Assembly (NCBI GenBank): GCA_021371875.1
Contig: JAJFVH010000135.1
Span: 10,282-74,281 of the forward strand
DNA length: 64,000 bases
Reading direction: 5' to 3'
Origin: Bacteroidales bacterium
Lineage (GTDB): Bacteria; Bacteroidota; Bacteroidia; Bacteroidales; Paludibacteraceae
Part shown: one piece after another, positions 37,729 to 48,188 of the stretch
How positions within the stretch are numbered: the first letter of the stretch is position 1
Layout of the letters: every line of letters begins with the position of its first letter
The notes under the pieces: generated by a model
Database searches by the model: none
What the model was told of the DNA's origin: nothing
What the model saw: the letters and a program-made list of their open reading frames with translations, nothing else
Program-made: the position numbers and the translations under genes

Positions 37729-40700
37729 ATGAAACTTAGAACCGAACTCGAAAACCGCATATTGATTCTTGACGGCGCCATGGGAACCATGATCCAGCGT
37801 CACAAACTTGTTGAAGCCGACTATCGTGGCGAACGTTTTGCCAAAACCAAAATTCTCCAGAAAGGAAATAATGACTTATTGACATTGACTCAACCCGAAA
37901 TAATTTACGATATTCACTGTAAATATTTCGAAGCCGGAGCCGATATTATCGAAACCAATACATTTAATGCGCAACGCATTTCGATGGAAGACTATGGAAT
38001 GGGCGAATTGGTAAGTGAAATAAACCTTGAAGCCGCCCGGCTTGCACGTAAAGCTGCGGATAAGTTTACTGCCGCTAATCCTGCTAAACCACGCTTTGTG
38101 GCCGGGGCGGTTGGACCTACCAATAAAACGGCATCCATGTCGCCTGATGTAAATAACCCGGCTTATCGTGCTGTCAGTTTCGATGGCTTAGTGCTGGCAT
38201 ACAAAGAACAAATGCTGGCGCTGATCGAAGGTGGAGTAGACGCTATTTTGATAGAAACTATTTTCGATACACTGAATGCCAAAGCCGCTGTTTTTGCAGC
38301 CGAAGAAGCCATGAGTGAATATGGAAAACGTGTCGACCTTATGATTTCGGCTACTGTGGCCGACACGAGTGGTCGTACATTGTCAGGTCAAACGATTCGT
38401 GCATTTCTGGCCTCTATCGGGCACGCTAACTTATTGTCGGTAGGATTAAATTGTTCTTTCGGAGCAAAAGATTTGAAACCTTATCTCGAAGAACTCAGCG
38501 CTAACTCGCCCTGGTTTGTCAGCGCATATCCCAATGCCGGTTTGCCCAATCAGTTTGGCGAGTACGACGAAACTCCCGAAACAATGGCGCTCCAGATCAA
38601 AGAATACTTTGATGAGAAACTTGTGAACATCATTGGTGGTTGTTGTGGAACGACGCCTGATCATATTGCTGCATATCAGCAGCTGATCGAAGGAATGGAA
38701 GTGAGAAAACCAAAGGCAGCAAGCCGAAACCTGGAGTTGAGCGGGCTTGAGTTGTTGGAAATAACCTCACCCCCGACCCCTCTTCTTGAGGAGAGGGGGG
38801 CGGTAGGCGAGTGGATATTGGGAACTGACCATGCCAACATTACTACTGATCCTTTGTCGTGGAATTTGTTGATTGAAAAAGCAAAAGAGATGCGACATGA
38901 ACCAACAAAAGCCGAGAAAGAACTGTGGGAACGTTTACGTGATAGGCAAACCGGTTATAAAATTCGCCGACAACATATTATTAATGGTTTTATAGCTGAT
39001 TTCTTTTGTGTCGAAAAAAATGTTGTAATTGAAGTCGATGGAGGAATACATCAATCTGTTGAGCAAAAAGAACACGATAAGTTCCGAACAGAAGTTTTAA
39101 ATGCAAATGGATTTCATGTTTTTAGATATACCAACGAAGATGTTTTAAAAGATTCATTTATTGTTGCTAAAAAGATAAAAGATGTATTGGACAATTTGCC
39201 TTCGCGTAAACAAACTAATTTTCTTGCTTCAGGAGTACAGCTCCCCTCTCCTCAAGGAGAGGGGGCCGGGGGTGAGGTCATTTCTCCAGCTTACGAAGAA
39301 ACTTCTCCAATAGGACAAACTCTCCCCTCTCCTCAAGGAGAGGGGCCGGGGGTGAGGTCATTATTCGTCAACATTGGCGAGCGCTGTAATGTAGCCGGTT
39401 CGAAGATGTTTTTGCGTTTGATAAACGAGAAGAAATATGAGGAAGCCCTTACCATTGCCCGTAAACAGGTGGAAGACGGGGCGCAGGTGATTGATATAAA
39501 CATGGATGATGCGATGCTCGAGTCCAAAGATGAAATGGTAACATTTCTGAATTATGTGGTTTCGGAACCTGAAATTTCACGGGTGCCGATTATGATCGAT
39601 TCCTCAAAATGGGAAGTAATTGAAGCCGGACTGAAATGCGTTCAGGGCAAATGTATTGTCAACTCTATCAGTTTAAAAGAAGGGGAGGAAGATTTCCTGC
39701 ATAAAGCCCGGAAGATTCGTGCTTATGGTGCAGCCACTGTGGTTATGGCTTTCGATGAAAAAGGTCAGGCCGATAGTTTCCAACGTAAAACGGAAATTTG
39801 CAGCCGTGCATATCATTTGTTGGTCGATAAAGTCGGGTTTCCGCCTCAGGATATTATTTTTGACCCGAATGTGTTGGCTATTGCCACAGGCATTGAAGAA
39901 CACAATAATTATGGCGTCGATTTTATCAATGCAACCCGTTGGATCAAGCAAAATCTGCCATTGACCAAAATAAGTGGCGGCGTAAGTAATCTTTCATTCT
40001 CGTTCCGTGGAAATAATGTAGTACGCGAAGCCATTCATTCCGTTTTTCTGTATCACGCCATCAAAGCTGGCATGGATATGGGTATTGTTAATGCTAGTAT
40101 GTTGCAGATTTATCAGGACATTGACCCTGAGTTATTGGAACATGTAGAAGATGTGGTGCTCAATCGAAGACCCGATGCTACCGAACGCATGATTGAACTC
40201 GCCGAAAAAGTGAAGCAACAGGCTTCGGGTGAAAAAGTGGAAAAGGTAGACGAATGGCGCACGCGACCTTTGCAGGAACGATTGGAATATGCGTTAATCA
40301 AAGGAATCAGCGATTTTCTGGAAGAAGATTTGGCCGAAGCTTTGACACAGTACGATACCGCCATCGAAATCATTGAAAAACCTCTGATGAGCGGCATGAA
40401 TATCGTAGGTGATTTGTTTGGCGAAGGTAAGATGTTCTTGCCCCAAGTGGTAAAAACTGCCCGAACCATGAAAAAAGCGGTTGCTATCCTTCAACCTGAA
40501 ATTGAAAAACAAAAAGTACCGGGTCAGAGTTCGTCGGCAGGTAAATTCCTGATCGCCACCGTAAAAGGCGACGTTCATGATATTGGAAAAAATATTGTGG
40601 CTGTGGTGTTGGCTTGTAATAATTTCGAAGTAATTGACCTTGGCGTAATGGTGCCGACCGAAAAAATTATCCAGACAGCCATCGCCGAAAAGGTTGACAT

Positions 40701-41046
40701 TTTAGGCCTTAGCGGGTTAATCACCCCTTCGCTCGAAGAAATGAGCCATGTAGCTGCCGAGATGGAAAAAGCCGGACTGAAAATTCCCTTACTGATTGGT
40801 GGCGCCACCACTTCAAAAATTCATACAGCCGTAAAAATTGCTCCGAACTACAAAGGCCCTGTCGTTTATGTAAAGGATGCATCGGTTAATACATTTGTGG
40901 TGGCACAATTAATGAGTAACACAATGCATTATAACTTTATAGGCGAGATCGAAGCGGAATACAAAGCTCTACGTGAAAAACAAACCAAGAAAGTGAATTT
41001 GCTTTCGCTGGATGAAGCAAAAAAACGGAAGCCAAACATATTTTAA
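37729..41046 (+). CDS. metH: cobalamin-dependent methionine synthase (Hcy-, pterin-, cap-, B12-binding domains; no C-terminal activation domain) with an in-frame DUF559 insertion
   Basis: [52 protein letters not shown]; ~198 extra residues between LSGLELLEI and SLFVNIGER. Confidence 0.95.
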   Translation: MKLRTELENRILILDGAMGTMIQRHKLVEADYRGERFAKTKILQKGNNDLLTLTQPEIIYDIHCKYFEAGADIIETNTFNAQRISMEDYGMGELVSEINLEAARLARKAADKFTAANPAKPRFVAGAVGPTNKTASMSPDVNNPAYRAVSFDGLVLAYKEQMLALIEGGVDAILIETIFDTLNAKAAVFAAEEAMSEYGKRVDLMISATVADTSGRTLSGQTIRAFLASIGHANLLSVGLNCSFGAKDLKPYLEELSANSPWFVSAYPNAGLPNQFGEYDETPETMALQIKEYFDEKLVNIIGGCCGTTPDHIAAYQQLIEGMEVRKPKAASRNLELSGLELLEITSPPTPLLEERGAVGEWILGTDHANITTDPLSWNLLIEKAKEMRHEPTKAEKELWERLRDRQTGYKIRRQHIINGFIADFFCVEKNVVIEVDGGIHQSVEQKEHDKFRTEVLNANGFHVFRYTNEDVLKDSFIVAKKIKDVLDNLPSRKQTNFLASGVQLPSPQGEGAGGEVISPAYEETSPIGQTLPSPQGEGPGVRSLFVNIGERCNVAGSKMFLRLINEKKYEEALTIARKQVEDGAQVIDINMDDAMLESKDEMVTFLNYVVSEPEISRVPIMIDSSKWEVIEAGLKCVQGKCIVNSISLKEGEEDFLHKARKIRAYGAATVVMAFDEKGQADSFQRKTEICSRAYHLLVDKVGFPPQDIIFDPNVLAIATGIEEHNNYGVDFINATRWIKQNLPLTKISGGVSNLSFSFRGNNVVREAIHSVFLYHAIKAGMDMGIVNASMLQIYQDIDPELLEHVEDVVLNRRPDATERMIELAEKVKQQASGEKVEKVDEWRTRPLQERLEYALIKGISDFLEEDLAEALTQYDTAIEIIEKPLMSGMNIVGDLFGEGKMFLPQVVKTARTMKKAVAILQPEIEKQKVPGQSSSAGKFLIATVKGDVHDIGKNIVAVVLACNNFEVIDLGVMVPTEKIIQTAIAEKVDILGLSGLITPSLEEMSHVAAEMEKAGLKIPLLIGGATTSKIHTAVKIAPNYKGPVVYVKDASVNTFVVAQLMSNTMHYNFIGEIEAEYKALREKQTKKVNLLSLDEAKKRKPNIF
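38764..39358 (+). mobile_element. putative mobile cassette: DUF559 (Vsr-like) endonuclease bounded by 35-bp palindromic terminal inverted repeats, inserted in frame in metH
   Basis: Left end ACCTCACCCCCGACCCCTCTTCTTGAGGAGAGGGG (38764-38798) is 33/35 identical to the reverse complement of 39324-39358; DUF559 motifs [51 protein letters not shown]. Confidence 0.75.
39241..39362 (+). repeat. two direct copies of a 41/42-bp palindromic repeat, starts 81 bp apart
   Basis: CTCCCCTCTCCTCAAGGAGAGGGG(G)CCGGGGGTGAGGTCATT at 39241-39282 and 39322-39362, differing by one G; inner hairpin CCCCTCTCCT-CA-AGGAGAGGGG; encode LPSPQGEG twice. Confidence 0.95.
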
Positions 41047-41172
41047 ATTCAAAACGGGGCGATTGTAAACACTTTTGTCTCGTTTTTTTACAGAATACGG
41101 CTATGTTTACCTGAAAAATGGATGATATCCGAATGTCGGGCATTTAATAGCCTTTTTTAGTATACAGAGCCA

Positions 41173-41955
41173 TTAATCTGCCAACTCTTCCGACAGAAAA
41201 TGTTCCAACTGCTCGGGTTTTACGTTTACGGTTAGTTGGCCGTTTATTGCCCACGAAATATGCCCTGTTTCTTCCGAAATAACGATTGCAATAGCATCCG
41301 AATGTTCGGTTATTCCTACGGCAGCTCTGTGGCGAAGCCCCATACGTTTTGGAATAGATTGGTTTTTCGAAATAGGAAGTATGCAGGCTGCCGCTTTAAT
41401 GGTTTGTTTTGTGATAATCATTGCGCCATCATGTAATGGGCTGTTTTTAAAGAATATATTTTCAATAAGACGCGAGCTGATAGTGGCATTTATTTGTTCG
41501 CCCGATTGCGCATAAAATTCCAGGTCGTGGGTTCGTGTAATTACTATAAGTCCTCCTGTCGAAGTTTTTGCCAGATTGCGGCATGCCAATACAATTTGTA
41601 CCAAATGAAAGTCGACACGTTCTTTTTCAGTGTTATTGTTCCCCATAAAGCGTTTTAAAAAATTGAGAGAACTCCAACTTTGTTTCGATCCGATTTTTGT
41701 AAAGAAACGTCGGATTTCATCCTGAAAAAGCACAATCAAAGCGAATGCACCCACACTCACAACACGGTCTAATATCCCGCCAAGCAACTCCATTTTAAAG
41801 ACATACGAAACCAGAAACCAACATATCAGGAATGCCATTATGCCTAAAAATATATTAAGACCTCCCGTTCTTTTCAGAAGTTTAAACGTTTGGTAAAGCA
41901 GCACTGCGACCAAAAATATATCGACGATATCCTTTATTCCGATTTGAAAACCCAT
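41173..41955 (-). CDS. cdaA: diadenylate cyclase CdaA (TIGR00159-like)
   Basis: Three N-terminal TM helices, LFQDEIRRF, SPLHDGA, GLRHRAA, ISEETG. Confidence 0.93.
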   Translation of the reverse strand: MGFQIGIKDIVDIFLVAVLLYQTFKLLKRTGGLNIFLGIMAFLICWFLVSYVFKMELLGGILDRVVSVGAFALIVLFQDEIRRFFTKIGSKQSWSSLNFLKRFMGNNNTEKERVDFHLVQIVLACRNLAKTSTGGLIVITRTHDLEFYAQSGEQINATISSRLIENIFFKNSPLHDGAMIITKQTIKAAACILPISKNQSIPKRMGLRHRAAVGITEHSDAIAIVISEETGHISWAINGQLTVNVKPEQLEHFLSEELAD

Positions 41956-41989
41956 AAACGAAATTTTAGAGTTAATTTATTGTAATCTG

Positions 41990-42826
41990 TTATGCTAAAC
42001 CTTTTTGATACTTCTGAAAAACAGAAATAGTCTGTTTGGCTTCTTTTACGTCATGAACACGCAATATCGATGCACCTCCCAGCAATGCTAACATATTGGC
42101 GGATGTAGTTCCATTCAGTGCATCTTTTGTTTCAATATCAAGTACTTTACATATCATCGATTTACGTGAAACGCCTGCAAGGAGAGGTACATTCAGTTCT
42201 TTGAAATAAGAGAGCTTACTTAATAAGCTGTAATTTTGTTCTATCGTTTTTGCGAATCCGAATCCAGGGTCGGCAATAATGTCGTTTACGCCAAGTAAAT
42301 GAAGTTGGGCAATGCGTTTTTGAAGAAAATGAAGAACTTCCGCAACGACATTTTCATAATTGGTCTGGTTTTGCATCGTCTGGGGTGTACCTTTGGTGTG
42401 CATAAGCACGTAAGCTACCTGTAAATCGGCAATTGTCTCAAACATCAAATCGTCAAGCGTTCCGCCGCCAATGTCGTTTATTATTGCAACATTATAATTT
42501 TGAACCATATATCTCGCAACGTTGGCACGGAAAGTATCAACGGAAATGATAGTGTCAGGAAATTTCTTTAAAATATTTTCAATTGCATTAGCGAGTCTTC
42601 CGATTTCTTCGTCCGATGAAATGTTTTCAGCCTTTGGTCGCGTAGAGTAACCCCCCACATCAACGATGTCAACATCATCCATCAGCATTTTCTCTACACC
42701 CGACAACAAGCTTTTGTCCGAAGTATAACGGCTTCCCGGATAAAACGAATCGGGCGTTGCGTTGACAATGCCCATTACGACCGGAATTGACAAATCGAAT
42801 AATTTATCGTTTAGTTTAATCTGCAT
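41990..42826 (-). CDS. folP: dihydropteroate synthase
   Basis: VMGIVNATPDSF, GGYSTRP, DPGFGFAK, SRKS, LRVHDV. Confidence 0.96.
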   Translation of the reverse strand: MQIKLNDKLFDLSIPVVMGIVNATPDSFYPGSRYTSDKSLLSGVEKMLMDDVDIVDVGGYSTRPKAENISSDEEIGRLANAIENILKKFPDTIISVDTFRANVARYMVQNYNVAIINDIGGGTLDDLMFETIADLQVAYVLMHTKGTPQTMQNQTNYENVVAEVLHFLQKRIAQLHLLGVNDIIADPGFGFAKTIEQNYSLLSKLSYFKELNVPLLAGVSRKSMICKVLDIETKDALNGTTSANMLALLGGASILRVHDVKEAKQTISVFQKYQKGLA

Positions 42827-43201
42827 TATTGATTAATAGATTGAATCACAATAAAAACTTCGTAGTTTAATTTATCTGCAAATGTAAGAAAAATAGTGAT
42901 AAACCATAACTTCAAACTGTAAATTAAGGTTGTATAATTGTATTTGTGGCGTTTGTCGGCATATATTTAAATAAGAGTGATGAATTTAATTGTCAATAAA
43001 TCAATACAATATCATTATTTTAGATAGTTTTTCTGTTCAATATATACGTTTTTGAGAGAAAATGAGTTATAATAATAGTAGATTTTGCTGCAAAAGAGGA
43101 AAAAACCTCTTTATTTTTACATTATAAAGAAAAAAAAACACTATTTTTGCATTGCTATTTTCTCAGGATAAAAAGTTTACTTGTAATATTTCACACCTTT
43201 T

Positions 43202-44677
43202 ATGACTATAAAATCAATAACGAAATTTGCTTTATTTCTCATAGGAATAAGTATTGTGGTTGCTTTTGGAAAAAAAACAAATCAAACCACCTCCAGTGTA
43301 ACAGGCTGGAAATATAACGATATAAAAGGGACGGGATTTACCGTGAAACCCGGATATAAAACGCAAACCCCGATAGGCATGGTGGCAATAGAGGGCGGGT
43401 CTTTCACTATTGGCGAAAAAGGAGAATTTGTAACGGCTCCGCGCGATAATAAAAGACGTCGTATCACGGTAAGTTCGTTTTATATGGACCAATACGAAAT
43501 CCGTAATGTCGACTGGCGTGAATATACCAACTGGATGAATGTGGTGTTTGGCAAAACAGCTCCAAATCTTGTCATTAAAGCGGAACCTAATGTGAAAATT
43601 TGGCGTGAGGAACTTGCATACAACGAACCCTATTTACAAAATTACTTTACTCATCCTGCTTTTGATCAATATCCTGTCGTCGGGGTTACGTGGGAACAAG
43701 CGATGGATTATTGTGCCTGGCGTACCGACAGGGTGAATGAATTGGCGTTGGTTCGGGCAGGAATTATTGCAGCTCCCGATTTTTCTAAAGTTGCATCGAT
43801 GAGTTATGACTCCATAAAAACTAATTTTGTTTTTAATACCCAAAAATATCTTTTACAAAACAGTTATGAACCAAAGCCGGGTAAAAAAGTTAAAAGGGAT
43901 TTAGGTGCAAAGGTTCGTAAGGTAGATATGTCGGATGGGATTTTATTTTCCGATTTCCGGTTGCCAACCGAAGCCGAATGGGAATTTGCAGCTTATGCTA
44001 TAAAATCCGATAAAGAAGGTGTAGTGCCTGAAGGAAAAATTTATCCGTGGGCGGGTTCGCAAATGCGCAATTCTTCTAAACAACAACGGGGTCAGATGCA
44101 GGCTAATTTCGTAAGAGGACGCGGCGATTTAATGGGAACATCAGGAAGCTTAAACGACAAAGCCACCATTACCGCACCTGTGGATGCATATTCACCCAAT
44201 GATTTTGGACTGTATAATATGGCAGGAAATGTGAATGAATGGGTGTTGGATGTTTATCGTCCTACAAGTTACGAGGATGTGGCAGAATATAATTCATTCC
44301 GTGGAAATGTATATTTAGCTCCTAAACCCGCCGGCAAAGATGCTTTTGGAAGAAATATTTATGCTATCGATTCGTTGGGTAGAATTATGAACGACAGTAT
44401 TATTGACGTGAGAGATTTTAAAGATGGCGACCCTCAATCACAAATTAACTTCTCATTGAGCAATTCTAACCTTGCTACAGTTGATACTTTCGATATTACC
44501 GATGTTTTACGTCCTGTTATTTCAAATAACACACGTATTTATAAAGGTGGTTCGTGGAAAGATAGAGTTTATTGGTTAAATCCATCTACACGTCGTTATT
44601 TGGAACAAAATAAATCGGCAAATGACATTGGATTCCGATGTGCAGTGAGTATGATTGGAAATGTTGAGCAAAAGTAA
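43202..44677 (+). CDS. gldJ: GldJ-like formylglycine-generating-enzyme (FGE-sulfatase) domain protein
   Basis: SSVTGW, IEGGSFTIG, YPVVGVTWEQA..YC.WRTDRVNE, RLPTEAEWEFAA, GLYNMAGNVNEW, GFRCA. Confidence 0.7.
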   Translation: MTIKSITKFALFLIGISIVVAFGKKTNQTTSSVTGWKYNDIKGTGFTVKPGYKTQTPIGMVAIEGGSFTIGEKGEFVTAPRDNKRRRITVSSFYMDQYEIRNVDWREYTNWMNVVFGKTAPNLVIKAEPNVKIWREELAYNEPYLQNYFTHPAFDQYPVVGVTWEQAMDYCAWRTDRVNELALVRAGIIAAPDFSKVASMSYDSIKTNFVFNTQKYLLQNSYEPKPGKKVKRDLGAKVRKVDMSDGILFSDFRLPTEAEWEFAAYAIKSDKEGVVPEGKIYPWAGSQMRNSSKQQRGQMQANFVRGRGDLMGTSGSLNDKATITAPVDAYSPNDFGLYNMAGNVNEWVLDVYRPTSYEDVAEYNSFRGNVYLAPKPAGKDAFGRNIYAIDSLGRIMNDSIIDVRDFKDGDPQSQINFSLSNSNLATVDTFDITDVLRPVISNNTRIYKGGSWKDRVYWLNPSTRRYLEQNKSANDIGFRCAVSMIGNVEQK

Positions 44678-44695
44678 TAATCAATAACAAAAACA

Positions 44696-44738
44696 TTAAA
44701 AAAAGCGCCTGCAAATTTTTTACAGGCGCTTTTTTTAA
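44696..44738 (+). terminator. terminator after the gldJ-like gene
   Basis: AAAAAAAGCGCCTGCAAA-TT-TTTTACAGGCGCTTTTTTT. Confidence 0.8.
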
Positions 44739-44832
44739 TGTTTAAAAGGCTGCTTTTCTCGATGAAATTTAGTAATTTTGCAAGCTTAAAATTCAAATTG
44801 ACAGAGCTATTTATTTTTAATTATAAAAAAGC

Positions 44833-46230
44833 ATGACCAGAACAATTATTGTTGATGCCCTGAAACGTACCGATTACGGTGCAGAGGTAAATATTAAAGG
44901 TTGGGTGCGTACCCGCCGCGGGAATAAAAATGTGAGCTTTATAGCGTTGAACGATGGTTCGACAATTAATAATATCCAGGTAGTGGCTGATAATGAAAAA
45001 TTTGGCGACGAATATCTGAAACCCATTACAACCGGCGCCTGTATCAGCGTAACAGGAGTGTTGGTTGAATCGTTGGGGAAAGGCCAGACCGTGGAAATTC
45101 AGGCTGAGGCAATTGAAATATACGGCACTGCCGACCCCGAAACATATCCTCTGCAAAAAAAAGGTCATACCTTGGAATTTTTACGCGAAATAGCGCACTT
45201 GCGTCCGCGCACCAATACTTTTGGCGCCGTGTTCCGTATCCGTCACCACATGGCCATGGCGGTGCACAACTTCTTTCACGAACGTGGATTTTTTTATTTC
45301 CATACGCCCATTATCACGGCTTCCGACTGCGAAGGCGCCGGGCAAATGTTTCAGGTAACGACGTTGAATCTTTACGACCTGAAGAAAGACGAAAGCGGTT
45401 CAATCGATTACTCGAACGACTTTTTCGGCAAGCAAGCCAGCCTCACTGTTTCCGGACAATTGGAGGGTGAATTGGCTGCCATGTCGATGGGGGCCATTTA
45501 TACTTTCGGTCCGACTTTCCGTGCCGAAAACTCTAATACACCGCGTCACTTGTCGGAATTCTGGATGATAGAACCCGAAGTTGCTTTCAACGAAATAGAA
45601 GAAAATATGCAGTTGGCACAGGATTTTATCCAGTATTGTATCCGTTGGGCGTTGGATAATTGTAAAGACGACCTGGATTTTCTTTGCAATATGTACGACA
45701 AAGAATTGTACGACCGGTTGAATTTTGTAGTGAACAACGACTTTAAACGTTTAACCTACACCGAAGGAATAAAAATTCTGGAGGAAGCTGTTGCCAAGGG
45801 ATATAAATTTGAATTCCCGGTAGGTTGGGGTACCGACCTGCAGTCGGAACACGAACGCTATCTGGTGGAACAACATTTCAAGAAACCGGTTATCCTGACC
45901 GATTACCCGAAAGAAATCAAATCGTTCTACATGAAACAAAACGATGATGGGAAAACGGTTCGTGCCATGGATGTTTTGTTCCCGAAAATTGGTGAAATTA
46001 TCGGAGGTTCGCAACGTGAAGAAGATTTTGATAAACTGAAAACACGTGCAGAAGAAATGGGCGTTCCCCAAAAGGATATCTGGTGGTACATGGATACCCG
46101 TCGATTCGGAACAGCACCCCATTCAGGCTTTGGATTAGGTTTTGAACGGTTGCTTTTGTTTGTTACCGGAATGACCAACATCCGCGATGTGATTCCTTTC
46201 CCCCGTACTCCGAACAATGCAGAGTTTTAA
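44833..46230 (+). CDS. asnS: asparagine--tRNA ligase
   Basis: [45 protein letters not shown]. Confidence 0.97.
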   Translation: MTRTIIVDALKRTDYGAEVNIKGWVRTRRGNKNVSFIALNDGSTINNIQVVADNEKFGDEYLKPITTGACISVTGVLVESLGKGQTVEIQAEAIEIYGTADPETYPLQKKGHTLEFLREIAHLRPRTNTFGAVFRIRHHMAMAVHNFFHERGFFYFHTPIITASDCEGAGQMFQVTTLNLYDLKKDESGSIDYSNDFFGKQASLTVSGQLEGELAAMSMGAIYTFGPTFRAENSNTPRHLSEFWMIEPEVAFNEIEENMQLAQDFIQYCIRWALDNCKDDLDFLCNMYDKELYDRLNFVVNNDFKRLTYTEGIKILEEAVAKGYKFEFPVGWGTDLQSEHERYLVEQHFKKPVILTDYPKEIKSFYMKQNDDGKTVRAMDVLFPKIGEIIGGSQREEDFDKLKTRAEEMGVPQKDIWWYMDTRRFGTAPHSGFGLGFERLLLFVTGMTNIRDVIPFPRTPNNAEF

Positions 46231-46318
46231 ATTGTTGTATAGACCGACTTGTTTCCGTAAAAAGAAGCAAGTCGGTAATCATATAAAGAAAATATAACTG
46301 TTTCAACTGAATAATATA

Positions 46319-48163
46319 ATGAACAATACAAAGTCTACCGAATTGGAAAATGTAGTGGTACGGTTTACTGGCGACTCGGGCGATGGTATGCAGCTTACGG
46401 GGACACTGTTTTCCAATCTTTCGGCAATTCTGGGAAATGAAATTTCGACTTTCCCCGATTTTCCTTCCGAAATACGCGCACCGCAAGGTACTGTTGGCGG
46501 CGTTTCGGGATTTCAGGTGCATTTAGGTGCTTCTAAAATATATACTCCGGGTGATGAAGCCGATGTGTTGGTGGCTATGAATCCCGCAGCTTTAAAAGTA
46601 AACGCCGATGGAATAAAAAAAGGAGGAGTGCTTATTTTCGACGAGGATTCTTTTAAAAAATCCGATTTTGACAAAGCAGGATTTAAAACGGAAAATCCTT
46701 TTGAAGAATTAAATATTTCCGATACCATCCAATTGATTCCAGCCCCGCTTTCTACTCTTACCCAAAGCAGTCTCGAAGGCTTTGATATGGATAACAAAAC
46801 CATATTACGAAGTAAAAATATGTTTGCTCTGGGACTTATTTGTTGGTTGTTTAATCGCCCGATTGATCAGGCTATACATTTCCTGCAAAATAAATTTGGC
46901 AAAAAACCTGGTATACTCGAAGCCAACGTAAAAGTATTGACAGATGGATTTAACTACGGAAATAACTTGCATTTGAGCATTTCAACTTATACGGTTGAAA
47001 AATCGCACGAGTTACCCAAAGGAAAATATACCAGCATCAGTGGAAATAAAGCCACTGCGTGGGGATTAATTGCTGCTTCGAAAAAAGCCGGACTTGATCT
47101 TTTTCTGGGCAGTTATCCTATCACACCGGCTACCGATATTATGCAGGAATTGGCTTTACGCAAGGATTTAGGCGTAAAAGTAGTGCAGGCTGAAGATGAA
47201 ATTGCCGGCATTACCATTGCTCTCGGCGCTTCATTTGCCGGCGAGTTGGCTGCAACATCCACCTCGGGCCCTGGTCTGGCTCTGAAGTCGGAAGCTATTG
47301 GGCTGGCAGTGATGGCGGAATTGCCGATTGTAATTGTGGATGTAATGCGTGGAGGGCCTTCTACGGGATTACCAACCAAAACAGAGCAAACCGACCTGCT
47401 TCAGGCTTTATACGGACGTAACGGCGAAAGCCCTGCAGTGGTTATTGCCGCAAGTACACCCGCCGACAGTTTCCATTTTGCCTTTATGGCTTCAAAAATT
47501 GCATTGGAACACATGACTCCGGTTATTTTGCTTACCGATGCGTTTATCGGAAACGGAACATCGCTGTGGAAACTTCCAAAATTAGCCGAATTGCCCGAAA
47601 TTAAACCTAATTATGCCCAACCCGGCATGGAAGGACTGAAAGTGACGGCACGCGACGAAGTATCGAAAGTACGTTACTGGAGCATTCCCGGAATCGATGG
47701 TTTTGCCCATCGAAACGGAGGACTCGAAAAAGATTATACTAGCGGCGCTATTTCTACCGATCCATTGAATCACCAAAAAATGGTAGATACGCGCAAGGAA
47801 AAAATAGATTATATCAGCAATTTACTTCCCGAATTGAAAATAGAAGGGGATGAAAATGCAGAGTTACTTGTTGTTGGCTGGGGTACGACTCACGGACACC
47901 TGATGACTGCCGTAAACGCCTTGAACAAAGACGGGAAAAAAGTGGCGCTGGTTCATTTTAATTATATCAACCCGCTTCCAAAGAATACCAAACAGCTTAT
48001 CAAAAAGTTCAAAAAAGTAGTTGTGTGCGAATTAAACAGCGGGCAATTCGCCACTTACCTCCGGTCGAAAGTTCCGGGTGAATATTTGCAATACAATAAA
48101 GTTCAGGGACAACCATTTACTGTAACCGAACTTGAGGAATATTTTGCAGGTTTATTGAAATAA
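46319..48163 (+). CDS. korA: 2-oxoacid:ferredoxin oxidoreductase alpha subunit
   Basis: FTGDSGDGMQ, YPITPA, QAEDEIAG, TSGPG, RGGPSTGLPT. Confidence 0.9.
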   Translation: MNNTKSTELENVVVRFTGDSGDGMQLTGTLFSNLSAILGNEISTFPDFPSEIRAPQGTVGGVSGFQVHLGASKIYTPGDEADVLVAMNPAALKVNADGIKKGGVLIFDEDSFKKSDFDKAGFKTENPFEELNISDTIQLIPAPLSTLTQSSLEGFDMDNKTILRSKNMFALGLICWLFNRPIDQAIHFLQNKFGKKPGILEANVKVLTDGFNYGNNLHLSISTYTVEKSHELPKGKYTSISGNKATAWGLIAASKKAGLDLFLGSYPITPATDIMQELALRKDLGVKVVQAEDEIAGITIALGASFAGELAATSTSGPGLALKSEAIGLAVMAELPIVIVDVMRGGPSTGLPTKTEQTDLLQALYGRNGESPAVVIAASTPADSFHFAFMASKIALEHMTPVILLTDAFIGNGTSLWKLPKLAELPEIKPNYAQPGMEGLKVTARDEVSKVRYWSIPGIDGFAHRNGGLEKDYTSGAISTDPLNHQKMVDTRKEKIDYISNLLPELKIEGDENAELLVVGWGTTHGHLMTAVNALNKDGKKVALVHFNYINPLPKNTKQLIKKFKKVVVCELNSGQFATYLRSKVPGEYLQYNKVQGQPFTVTELEEYFAGLLK

Positions 48164-48188
48164 ATTAATTTGGGAAAAATCATTTTTT

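Noticed and set aside
38764-39358. metH insert as an intein
   Set aside because: No Cys/Ser block A, no TxxH block B and no terminal His-Asn before a nucleophile; the nuclease is DUF559, not LAGLIDADG or HNH.
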